Shown here: piece after piece, positions 31,450-44,200 of the stretch
Position numbering within the stretch: position 1 is the stretch's first letter
Layout of the letters: each line of letters starts with the position of its first letter
DNA from: Setoptus koraiensis
Lineage: Eukaryota > Animalia > Arthropoda
NCBI GenBank assembly: GCA_048013815.1
Contig: CM106585.1
Coordinates: 11,284,001 to 11,348,000 of the forward strand
Length of the DNA stretch: 64,000 nt
Direction of reading: 5' to 3'
Notes under the pieces: model-generated
The model's database searches: none
Told to the model about the DNA's origin: nothing
The model's input: only the letters and a program-made list of their open reading frames with translations
Program-made: the position numbers and the translations under genes

Positions 31450-33156
31450 TTACATAGGACAGGCAAAATTTAACATTTGCGTGGGCGCCTGCATCATCTC
31501 AAATTGAACACCTTTCAAATTGGCCCTACTTAAATTGGCCTCATGCAAATCACTACCAGATAGATCACAATTCTCTAGATCGGCCCCAACCAAGACGGCG
31601 TTTCTGAGATCACAATTTTGAAGATTGGCGTTGTTTAAAGCGGCCTTCCTCAGGTCGGCGTAGGCCATCTGGCTGCCCTCGAGATTTGTGTTCTTCAAGT
31701 TAGCCCCTTCAAAGTAGGTGAAATTATGTCTGCCTGTCGCGGGTTCCTGTATGGATATGGCGCGCAAATTTGCACCCTCAAGGTTAGAATAGTTGAGCGT
31801 TGCGCCGCACAATTGGGCTCCCTCCAGGTTCGAATGAGACAGGTCTGCCCTCTCTGTTTGTGTTATATTATTAATTAATGTATAATTTAAATATATATTG
31901 AGAGGAAATAATTACAATAAGAGATTAGAGACAACGAATCAGCAAACAATTACGTGAACGGGTTACGACCATCACACAACAAGTCCATACAACAAGCCAT
32001 ACAACTTGTATGTATGATACAAGCTGGACACTGGTCGCCAAAAGTACGGAGGCGCGCCGCCTGTCGGCCAGGTACAGAGGCAAAACTTACCCAAATTGGC
32101 TTTGGATAGGTTGGCGCCCTTGAGGCAGGCGTTCTTGAGATTGGCGTATTTCAAATTGATGGCTCTCAAATCGAGCTTGGATAGATTTGCGCCGGCCAAA
32201 TTGAAGCCCTGAAAACGGAGCTCAGCCGTGGACGAGGTGGACATTATCGCCCGTATCACGTCCTGCCTTGTTAATGGCATCATTGTATCATCACTAGGCG
32301 TCTCCAATGCCCTGTTCGTTTTGTCTATCTCGGCCTCCAATATTGGAATAAGCGACGCTATCCCATAGAATTTGGCCTCCTCTAGAACGCCCTTAATATT
32401 TACATTGTGGTCAATAATACATTTGCCGTGTCTAAGATAATTGAGAATGGGCTCAAAATAGTTTGGGCTTCTATCTATCAGGTAGGCGCCAGTTTTGTCC
32501 ACTGGACTAGGCGCTATTTTGAACGGGCGCTGTCGCGTATTCCTAGTTGTTGATTGTTTGATTGACTTGACGTTGCTGTTGTTGCTGATGTTGTTGTTGC
32601 TGATGTTGTTGTTGTTGTTGTTGAATAGTATTGTTGAATTGGTGTTATTACTACTATTGCTATTAATGTGACTACTATTGCCATTGAGAATGGTCTCTTG
32701 TTTAGCTGAAAACCAGCGCTGTGGTTTGCTGTGGTTTATCAAAGTATCTGCGTTATTGATATCATCAAATGTATGGTTGTCGTTATCATTGTTGAAGCTA
32801 TTATCATCATCAAATTTGTTGTTGTTATCTATGTTGGATGCCGGTGGTTGGTCCGTATGATTATTATTAATAGTTAATTTCGTATTCTTGTTGCTACTAG
32901 TGGTGCCGTTTTGTTGACATTGGCCGTTAATCAAATCTGATGTACAATCGTCGTTGCTCATGTAATAATCTTGATTGTTGTCTACATGATGATGATGATT
33001 GTGGTCATTGTCACTGTCACTGTCGTCGTCGAGCATCATACTGAACATTTTTGCCAACATTGAGTCGGGTTCTTTGGCGCACAAGGTGGTTCTGGTGGTG
33101 GAAAATACGCGCCCTCCAACATTTAAATGTATCCATTCACCATGATGCCTGTCCAT
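31450..33156 (-). CDS. KCTD9: BTB/POZ plus pentapeptide-repeat protein KCTD9; exons 33156-32091 and 31853-31450, about 489 aa
   Basis: [46 protein letters not shown] and [12 protein letters not shown] 237-nt phase-1 intron joins ANL to ERADLS. Pentapeptide repeats run to [16 protein letters not shown]. Confidence 0.93.
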
Positions 33157-34312
33157 GATGATGAAGTGAGCGCTGCCAATTATTGTATATAACTAATTTG
33201 TTTGTGTTTGATATTGTGATATTGATTGGATATCAATGGAATTGTGTGAGATTGTATATATGTGTGTGGGTGTGTGTATAATATTGTGTTATAATATTAT
33301 TATTACTATTACTATTACTGATCTAATGTAAAATTGGTTGTCTAGTAAAAGTGCAAGCGAGCGTGTATACAATATTGTGTGACACTCCAATCAATTGGGC
33401 ATAATAATATCAAAAAAATGTCTTATTTCCGTTCAACTCTTTTGCTATCGCCATCGCCACCACTGCTGTCGACACGGCCACTGATGCTACGGATAATGGT
33501 GCGGTATGTGACATGGTCGACATGCATGCAACATGACCACAAGATTGTGTCTGTCTAGTAATGATGATGATAATTATGCCAACAGTTCATCTAACACTTC
33601 GCGAGAGCAACGGGTAACAAACATTTCTCTCTCTCTCTGCGTGCGTGTGTGTTGTCGTTACAAGATTGTTGATGTAGACGATGATTTATCTCGACTCACA
33701 AGAAGCGACTGAAGAATTTACTTTTTGCTGCTGTGATGTGGTTATTACATAGTAAGCTGTGTGTGTGTGTGTTTTAATATTGTAATTATTGCTATTACGA
33801 TTACATATTATTAAATGCTCAGGAGCAACGGAGAAGGAGAAGCGTCTATTTTGTGACTATTACTATACAACTATTATAAACACACACACTCGCTCGCTCT
33901 CACAATATATGGGACAACAACAGCAACGCAACGCATAGCGAACAACTATTGACGTTCCTAACCACCAATACAAGCAAAACTAGCTTGCCAAAACTAAGCT
34001 TGACAGACTTAGCTTGGCAAGCTCATTTTAAGCTCTGCAAATGTGCCTGTGTGTGTGCGTGTGTGTCTGTGTGTGTGTGCGCCAAATCCACTGCATCTGT
34101 GCTGTCTGTGTGTGTGTGCGTGTGTGTGCGTGAGTGTGTGTGTGTGTGTGTGTGTGTGCTAGCACTAGTACGATGCTAGTTCTGGCAAGCTAGTGGAGAG
34201 AGAGAGCAACGGAAAGTAGGTCATATGCACTATCATGTCTGTCACGCTCGTTACCTTCCGTTGTTGGTACGTGTGTCCATTGTGAGTGCCGTCTGTTACT
34301 CATGGACTCTCT

Positions 34313-34315
<3 letters not shown>

Positions 34316-34362
<47 letters not shown>

Positions 34363-34414
34363 CACACTCACACACGCACACGCACACACACACACGCACA
34401 CACACACACACACA
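34316..34414. repeat. Long interrupted (CA)n microsatellite
   Basis: Read directly; one of many (CA)n/(GA)n tracts in the non-coding regions. Confidence 0.95.
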
Positions 34415-34673
34415 GTAAATTTGCTGCTGCTGCTGCTGTCGTTTTTGATGTTGTGAGCTACTTCCACTAACACTTTTGGTCACAACAACAACAACAACAG
34501 CAACAACAACAACAATGCTCCTGTCAAATTATGTCCGATCGACTGAACAGAGTCGACCAGCCGCGGCACAGAACAGCCCGCTGCTGCGGACAATTCTGTG
34601 CCAGTTGCAGGCTTTGCGCTAGCTTACCAAAGCAAGCTAGTCACACAACACACAATCCATCATAGCACATCTA

Positions 34674-34770
34674 CGCACAATCTGACATGGGAGCGCACAA
34701 TCTGACATGGGAGCGCACAATCTGATGCAAGGGCGCACAATCTGACGTAAGAGCGCGCAATCTGGCAAGG
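34674..34770 (+). repeat. 20-bp tandem array, about 5 units, conserved core CGCACAATCTG
   Basis: Units start at 34674, 34694, 34714, 34734 and 34754; the 3' part of each unit diverges. Confidence 0.9.
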
Positions 34771-34867
34771 CTCTGTGCCAATGTGCCAGTTTTGGTGCTC
34801 ATGTCAGCACCGCTAGATAAAGTAGGTTAGTTCACCTTCAATTTTTCTGTTCACTTGCACACCTGAG

Positions 34868-34898
<31 letters not shown>

Positions 34899-35585
34899 AC
34901 GCACACGCACACACACACACACACGGACAAATACTGTATAATAGCGCGCGCCAAATCTCCAGTTATTTTGATGCGGCACAAGCAGCATGTTATGTAATCA
35001 TGTTAGTTAGTATCATTTATCTCATCATCTAATCTTATCTGTGTAGCAACAACAAACAGAGAAGATCTATATTTCCTTTGCAGAATTCATCATGGTCGCA
35101 ATCACTACAACACACGCCAGCGCTAACTAACTCTGAGTTAACTAACTATTAGTAACTGGCATTAACTAACGAACTCACAGTGAGTCAGTCTGTCAGTCTT
35201 GTCATTTCCGACACGATGAATCGAGCACCACACATTGCGCAACACAGTTGCCATAAGGTAAATGTATACATTGTATGCACTTACATTAATTACAAATATT
35301 AGTCTCTGTGGCTCGGTCACTGGAACTGGCTAAGTGCTTCTGCTCATGGTTGCATCGGAGAGTCACAATTGAGAGTTATCATGATATTTATATTTACCTG
35401 ACTGACCACTGTGGATATTCGTCTGGTCTCGATGTCTCGTGATGATACGACTCGCTTGATGCTCGCTTGCTGTTGGCTTGTTTGTTTGCAATTTGAAATT
35501 AGTTGTTCTAGTTGACGATGCGCTCTACACACATTCGTCTGATGATTTTCAACCGTCGATTTGTTGTCGGTGCAGTTGTTGTTGT

Positions 35586-35626
<41 letters not shown>

Positions 35627-36900
35627 CCGTCGGGGTATTCTTGCGACACTACTGAATGCTGTCGTGAATGTCATATCATCTTTTTGCAGCTAACACATTG
35701 CCACAAACTAGCAATAATGACGACAACTGGCTGACTGGTGAGCTAACTGGCAGCGATGATAAAATGATAAAATAATCAAATGAACAAAAATATTATCTGC
35801 TGATTGCAGTGATACTTTGCGTGCTGGTGCTGGTGGTCGTGGTGGTTGTCTGTTAACCTTGAACTTTTATCCACCCATTATAGCATTTAGATGGATAAAA
35901 GCGCCTGTGTACGTTCTGCTCGCCGACTCTTGAGTGCATCTATGTTTATGATATCTCTCCCTCTCGCTCTCTTTCCACAAATCCAAATGAATGTGGATTC
36001 AGATAAGAGGAAGCGGCAACATTTGGTTCAGTCTAAAGCATATCCACCGGACTTGTGCCAAGCACGCCATCATCAACCGACTAACCAAAATAAACACACA
36101 AACAGAGAGAGAGAGAGAGAGAGAGAGTTTGCGCATATTGCGCTAAGCCACTCTAAGCCACTGCCCACTTGAGCCCCATTTCAGCTCGCTGGCCCACTGG
36201 CTTGTCAATTTGGGCTAAGCAGCCTTTTACCTGCTTTTAGATAAGCCGAGATCAATAGCAACAGCAACAGCAACAATTGCAACTGGCTGCAACTGTAAGG
36301 CTGCAACAACTTTTTGATGCAGACCGTTGTTTGTCCGTTTGGACAACGCGCGTGAGTCACTGCTGCTTCACAGGTAAGATAAATATTGTGCAGCAGCTAT
36401 TATAGTCATTTGTTGTTGCATCGTCTCTACTGCCACTAGTACCGTTAGCTGTTACTACTACTACTACCCATTGCCACTACCACCAGTGCCACTACTAGAC
36501 CGGACAAGGCCAGTACAAGTTGTAAGCGTAAGCAATAGTTATGTAACAGTGATGGGGATTGCATCAATCAAACTGTGTGTGTCCGTTGGTGTTGTTGTCT
36601 AGCTAGCGTCGTCTCGGCTGCTAGAAACGGCAATTTTTACCGTTAATAATAGACTCATCAAGACAAGTGTGTGTGTGTGTGCTAGATACTACTACTACTT
36701 GTTGTTGTTGTTTTCGTAACTGTTTCGTTTCCATTTGAGCGGCCAGGAACAAGCCACTGATGCTGCTGCTGCTGCTGCAACCACTGTAACTGCTGAAACG
36801 GGCGCACTGTAACCTAATTTCTCTTTTCAGAGACCTCATTATTATTTCAATGCCGTGTCGTGTCTTCCAAATTGCCATTGCCGCTCCGACTCATCCAATC

Positions 36901-36950
36901 GAATCGGCTAGAATCGGCCAGAATCGGCCAGAGTCGGCCAGAATCGGCTA
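36901..36950 (+). repeat. 10-bp tandem array (GAATCGGCYA)x5
   Basis: Read directly; one unit is GAGTCGGCCA. Confidence 0.92.
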
Positions 36951-38258
36951 GGATCAGATTGGATACGATTGAAGCGATCGCGCTGAGTGTATCCGCTCGA
37001 GCAGTGCTGTCGTTGATGTTTGCCGTTCAGCATGCCCATCCAATGGATAATAATAGTCGCACTGTACTACTACATGACTGACTGTTGCTTGTGCTCCGTT
37101 GCGCTCATTGCTATGCAATCTAACTGAATTCAATGCCAATGCAACAATCCATACATTACGCAATGCTGACAAACAAGACAGGTAGACAGGTAAGATGCTG
37201 TTTATAACACTGCCTGTCTGTCTGTATGGCAGGCTGGCAGGCGGGCTAACAGACAAGCAGGCAGGAACTGAAAAGGAGTCGAGGAAACGAGTAGTCAACA
37301 GTTGCACCAACACACAATCAATAGAATGAAGAGTAATTGTAGACATGATAATGCTTGTAATTCTCATTGCAATGTACGCCGGTGATAGTGGCCGTATCGC
37401 CAACAGTAACAGACAACAGGTAACAGCAAGCTAGCAATAAAGAGTGAACACCTATTACATAACATCGTCGACATGATCGACGTTGACGTTGTCCATGCCA
37501 CAATTGGAACACTTTTTCATCGCAAGCTCTACTTTGTTGTTCCTTGAAAAGAGTTGCTCACCAGCCAACTTCTTTCTTATGTCGGCCGGCTTGACACAGG
37601 CCGGCGGTGTTCGCTTCACGATTATTATGTAATGCACACAATACATAATAGGCCAATTAGATAGACCCAACAAGCCATTATCTTCTCCATTTCTTCTGCT
37701 GTCGGCACAATATACCGTTGTGCAATCACGACGCTAGTTACTTGATGCTAGCGAACTGGGCTGTTGCTGAGCTCATTCCTTGAATTGATATTTTTCACCA
37801 TGATCATGATCTTGCAAACGATGCAAAGGAGCAAAAACTGGCCCGCTTAAAGAGAGCCGCCTATAGGACCGATCTCATTTCGCTTGACTTTAGTAAAGAG
37901 AAAAATAAGAGCATAGAAAAAGGAAAAGATTTCGAAAAGAGCTCGTTATTATTAGGAAGCTCATCCGAAATAAACGACAAAAGTTTGGCGCGACGACTTG
38001 GTGATGTCACTTCAAGTTTATTCGTACAATTGGTCTAAAGCGGCTTATAGAATTCAATTGGTTCTATGTCTTGGTCTGTATACATATGCGTGACTTACAC
38101 AACACACATTATGGCATTTGGTTAGTCGGATGTAGCGACGTTTGAGACATACACACTACAGTAGTCACTGATGGGTAGTGTGATAGTAATTAATATTTAC
38201 AAAGTTGGCCTACAACTTTTTCAATTATATATTATTTGATAATAATATTATTTTTATA

Positions 38259-41200
38259 TTATTTCTTAAAGAAACCACAATTATCTATGTGATGTCCAAA
38301 CATCTCACAATGATCACAATACGGCCTTGGTGTGGCCGGCCTCCTCAGTGATTGAAAGTATCTATTTGATGTGGGTCCGATGTCCTCATGGTGATCGTGA
38401 TGACGACCGTTATTCTCGTAACGATTCAGCGATTGAGCTGACTCATACAATGGCTTAGCGCTACCGGGACCACCACCACTAATTGTTAGGTGTGACATTT
38501 TGTTGCTGCTATTGTTGTTATTTGGCGTAGTGGCATACTTGTTACAATTGTCAGTATAATGCAAATCGAATCTTTCGCAATAGTCGCAGTACATTCGTTT
38601 TTGTCTCGCCAATAAACGTTTTATTTCTTTTGATTTCGCATCAAAGTCCTCTAAATTCATTTCCTCTAGTGTGGCCACTCGTGCTTTCATCTCATCACAT
38701 TTCTTTTGCATATCAACGATAACAGAATTCAAGAATTCTATTTGCGTTTCATATTCTTCGCGCTCGCCTAATGTCATCTGCGAGTGCGATTGTCCCATCT
38801 TAGCTCTATTGTGGCCTAGTGTTTGCGATCCAAGAGGTTGTGGCGATGAAGATGTGGACACTGGCGTTGCCGAATGATGAATAAATTTAGTTGATACTTG
38901 AGATCCTCTGCCAGTGGTTATGTCCGATGACATCTCTAATCGTTGCTGTTGATTTTGCTCACGCTCCTCGGCTAATTTACATTTGGCCTCCTCGGCCTCT
39001 GTCTTTAGTTTCTCTAGCTTGCCTTGCATATTGTCTAATTCCTTCTCCAACAAATGAACTCTACTCTGTAGATCTTCCCGTTCCTTCCTATTACTCGTCT
39101 CTAAATCGACAAGATTTTGATCGTTTTCCTCTTCCAACAGACGCAATTTATCACTCTTTTGCTTCAATTGATCCATTGATTGCTTGTACAATTCATTTAT
39201 ATGTTTACATTCAGCCTCCAGCTCTTTGTACTGGTCGCCTTTGTTTCGAATCAGTTGCTGTTGATCTCTTTCCTGCTCGTCCAGTTCCTTCAGTAACCTT
39301 TGTGACTCTTGCTTATATCTGGAGTTTTCCTCTTTCAGTTGTTGACACTCCTTACGTAAACTCTCCATGCCAGTTCGCAGTTCTTTAGTCACCTGGTCAC
39401 TATCACGTTGCGTCTGACGTTGTATCTGATCCAATTGACTCTTATGATCCTCTAACAATCGCTTGCAATCGTCCAACTCATGACGCAGTGTCTCAATAAT
39501 GTCATTGCGCGATTCAATATATTTCTCTCTAATGTCGAGGTCAGCTTTGAGACGGTCTCGTTCCAGCTGGAGATCGTTGCTTTGATTTTTCAGCGTCCTC
39601 AAATCCTGCTTGTGTGTTTGCAAATCATGTCTCAATTGAGAGTTTTCTTTTTCACTCTGCGATAACCTATTTGCAAATGTGTCGCGATCTTGGTCAAGAT
39701 TGTTTGATTGTCGACTAATTTGATCAGTCAAATCGTCCAGTTGCTGCTGCAGATCCTGCAACTCTTGACGTAAAGCCTCCACTTGGTCTTTGTAATCTGC
39801 GTTCTCTTGTTTCAATTGACCATTCTCCTTTTTGAGCTCGCAGTTCTGTTCTTGTTGCTCCTTCAAGTTGCCTTCCAACTCATCGATCTCCTCTCTCAAC
39901 TTGGAACACTTGCTAATGGCCTCACTCAGTTCCTCAGTAGCTCGTATCAATTGTTGCGAATTCTCTGCTGAGCTCTTCATCAATTCTTTCACTGTATCCT
40001 CGGAATTTCTATTCTGCTCCAATAGATCTTGACAACGTCGCGCCAATTCTTGGTTGTTGCTGTCCACCTCCGATGAGCGTGTATCGAGTTTTTGCTTGAG
40101 TACATCTAGTTCACGTTTGTTGCAATCAAGTTCGGCCTCGCGATCAATGAGTTGATCTTTCAAGTCTCTTATTTCCATTTGTAATCGAACAATTTCATCT
40201 TGTGGTGTAGGCGTGGACACGAGGGTCGGAATAGGCGAAGTGGGAGTGTTTGCCGATGAGCCTCTTCTTGCCAAGCTCAATTTATTGTGGAGAACTTCAA
40301 CGTCCTTCTTCTTGGACAATGACAATTGTTCAAGTTTCTCTTCGGCGTTCCTCAGATCGTTGCGAAGTTTACGCACTTGTTTCTCGTACACTTGATTCTC
40401 CTCCAATTTTGTTGCTAATTTAGTTTCGCTTGCCTTTAGCTCGAGATTAATGTCGTCAATTTTCTTGAGATGTCTATCGTTTCTTTCCGTTTCTGTCTTG
40501 AGGTTTCTCTCAATGTCCACCACGCGCGTCTGTAGATTTTTCACCTCGTTCTTTCGCATCTCCAAAGAAGTTCGCAACTGTATTAGTTGCTCATCTCTAG
40601 CTACGATTTGCTCCTTCAAAACGGCAATCTCCTTCTCATATTTTGCCTTTGTTGTTGCAGAACGATCCAATTTGGACGCAGACGATGAAGCTAGCGACAG
40701 TTGGCTACCCGGCATGGACTGATCCATGTTTGACGCGTATGATTGGTTAAGCAATGATTGCTCCATTTGTGACAAGCGTCTATCCTTGTCTTGAAGTTGT
40801 TGTTCAAGGTCACCTTTGAGCACCTCCAATTCGTCAAATTTAAATTGTGTCTCGCCATGAAATTGTTTCTCTTTGTCGAGATCATCTTGTAACTTCTTGT
40901 TCTCGTCCTCCAATTCTTGGCTGAGTCGCTTTAATTCTAGAATTTCATCATCGGCCTCGTTGGTCATACGCGACCTGTCTAGGTCGGCCTGAGTCAGTCG
41001 TTCCTCCAACTCTTCCAATCGACGATGTAATCGACTGTTTTCCTCTCTTTCGCTATCTCGCTCCTTTGTCAACAAATCAATTTGTTGATCTTTATCGCGT
41101 AATGCCATTGAATTTGAAGATGAACCAGTTTTATTAGCACCGTTTGTTGATGTGATGGGGGCCATTTTGGTTATGGTTGATGGCGGCGGATTTAATGGCA

Positions 41201-44200
41201 ATTTGAATGCCGATAGAGTTGTTGTTGGTTGCTTGCTGTCGTTATTTTTGTAAGAGCTGTAGGTTGTATGCAAATTGGATGTGCTTCGAACAGGTAGCTT
41301 GCTAGTGGTGCTAGGTGCGCCACTCAAATGGCTTGATGTCGATCTGATTGAGCTGACAGATGAAACGGAATCGCGCGAATCACTTCGATTTAATTTAAAT
41401 GGTGTATTGATATTATTTCTACTTGATGTATTACTACTTGATGTCAGGCCACCCTTGTTAAATTGCTCCTGCAATTTCGATGTAAGCTTTTGTATTTTTG
41501 TAACTGGTGCAAATAGGCCATAATTGGGCTCACATTTAAAGTATCGCTTGCCAGCTACAGAGCCATCATTTTTACCTAGTGGCTCCTCTAATTCAACACC
41601 GGCCCAAACACCAGCGCCAAAGTCTGTATTGCCTAGGTATCTTAAAGTGGCAGGCTTTAAACCAATGCTGGAGTTAACAAGTACTCGTTGATTCAATTTA
41701 AATTGATAATGATTCAATATTGATTGCTGTTGTTTCTGTTGATTCTCGATGTCTCCCAACAAGTTTTGACTCAACGGCGCCACTTTAGACGCTGATAACA
41801 GCGATGACTTCGTGGGCGCTATTAATTTGTTTTGGTTAGTCTTAGTACTATTGTTTTTGTTTGTTTGTTGGTCTTGCAAAGACGATTGAGCTCTACGTAA
41901 TCTACTAAACGATGTAGAGGATGAGGACGACGATGATGCGGCCGATGAAGAAGTTAAAGAGTTTATAGAACCCAACGCCATAACTGGCTTGCCTGTTGCT
42001 GACTTGCCGCCCGTTTCTAATTCACCACTTGTTGTTACGGACGATGATTTCAATTGGTTGTCTGAGGTTGTTTGCCTATCACTGTTGCTGGCTCCTCCTT
42101 GTTGCTGTTGTTGTTTCACTGTTGTTGTTGTAGTAGCTGAGTTGGTAATTCGTTTAGGTCGAACAAATACTCCATGCTTTGGCTTGCAATTGAAGTATCT
42201 TACACCATCTGTTAATTGGAATGCAAATTGATAGGATTAATTAGATAAAATCACTAATGTATCTAGTATCATTGGATTGGTCTTCTCAGTAATCACACAA
42301 TGGTCAACTTTTTTTAAACGATTTCTTCAATGGTGCAACATCATTTACGAATGTCAACACAACAAATAGCGGCCATTGAGGGCGATAATGAACAATGAAT
42401 GAGAATTTATGGCGGCATTACGAATAACTTGCTGAGCCCATTGAGTCTCTTAACTATTAATCTGTCTCAATATCTCTCTCTCTCCCTTGTTGAGAACGTA
42501 TAAATAATGCACTCACAGGTTTCGTTGTTAGTGATGATGATGATCTGACTTGTGGGGATAAACAACACAAACAAGTGTTGAGCCGTTTCAGCGGTTCCAA
42601 TGAAGGACGCCAACGCAAATTTGGAAATGTGTTCTCAAATGAAAAATGTGCTCGCTCGCTCTATAGTTATCTAGTTGAGTCAGTCGCAAACTTTGCAGTT
42701 CAAAGAGAATATTTTTTTTTTCTCTATCTCTTCTCAAACATGCTCAGTTTAGTCTTACACACTAGGCCTTACCGACTAAACAACAACTAATTCACCTGAT
42801 CACATCACGTCTGGATGAAGTCGATCATGCTCACCAAAATGTGCACAGTTCAATTTCGGGCAGCAAATTTTCGCAAGACAACAGTTGTAATTTGCTGTTG
42901 AAGCTGAAATTGAAACTGATTAAAATGAGTGAGTAAGTGTTGAAAAGCAGTGGATACTTTTCATTATTGTAAATGAACTTCCAATAAACAACAACAAATT
43001 CATCCAGTGATTCATGTAATGTACACTTGTTTCCAATGTTGTGCAACTAGAAGAAAATGGTCGTGCCAAATCAAAGAATGGACGTGACTATTTAACTCTT
43101 ATTCACTATCCTCGAATGAACTGTGCTGTTGTTTTTATTGATCTAATAATTATTGTTATTATTTGCGCTTCACTTACCATCACATTCATCAATCGCGTCT
43201 ACTGTCACTTGGTGCGACACAATATACAAAGCAATAGAATAGGTTCAGTGTGCCCCACTTGGTGTAGTGGAAATATATGAGGTCAACAAGACAGTGATCG
43301 CTCTTTTGAGCTCCCAAATCCGCAGACGATTATACATACATACATTGTATGATACTCACTAGTGCAAAAACTAATTTATTGCGCGACACCATATACCAGA
43401 GAATAAATTGGCAGCAATTTTCATTTCATTTCAGCTTTCTTAGTTGCGAAATGACGAGTGCAACGTTATCGAAGAGCAGTCATGTTGTTCCGATTCGTTT
43501 TATATACATAATTCATACTCTCTTCGACGAGATGTACCACTCTGGGCCTTTTTTAGCAGTTGTCAACTGGATAAGACAATTGATTACATAATTTTAGTGA
43601 CGATTCTCTCATCACAACGCACATGCTGAGAGACACATCGATCAACTGACATGTAAACACAACAATGTGTGCACTAGTATACAATGTAAATCTAGAAAAA
43701 CATGTCGAAAAGAGAATTATTCTAATTTATAGATTCAATTAGTTGCTGGGGGCAATGTACCAGCCAGTAACTATATTATGGAGGACAGTATTTTTTGACA
43801 GGTAGCATCAACGATTATATTTTTGTTTTAGTCAAAAGGGTGTTGTCAAATTCATACACACAACAATAAGTGAGCTATTTCGTTGTGCATATATATATAA
43901 GCGAACGACGCAGATCGAAGGACCGGATGTAACAAGAAAGCCATCAAAAATATCAGATGCCATAAACGAAAATGCATCTGGCCAACACTGGAAATGCATT
44001 CATTTGTAATGGTTGGCGATGCCAATTCATTACATTGCTTTATTAGTCTAGGCATCAGATAAAAATTAGATCGTTTCAAATCAATCTGGACATATTATTA
44101 TATTGTGCTTTTTTTTTTGCTAACAACTAAAGGAAAGCAAGTCTAAAATGTCCAAGCAACACACATTTTGCACCAACAGTATCGCTCAATCTAGACCAAT

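Noticed and set aside
34190-35693. ORFs with poly-HT, poly-CV, poly-C and poly-SN tracts
   Set aside because: They are translations of (CA)n and (CAR)n microsatellites. 35344-35649 ends at a donor-like CAG|GTAAAT, but no partner exon was found.
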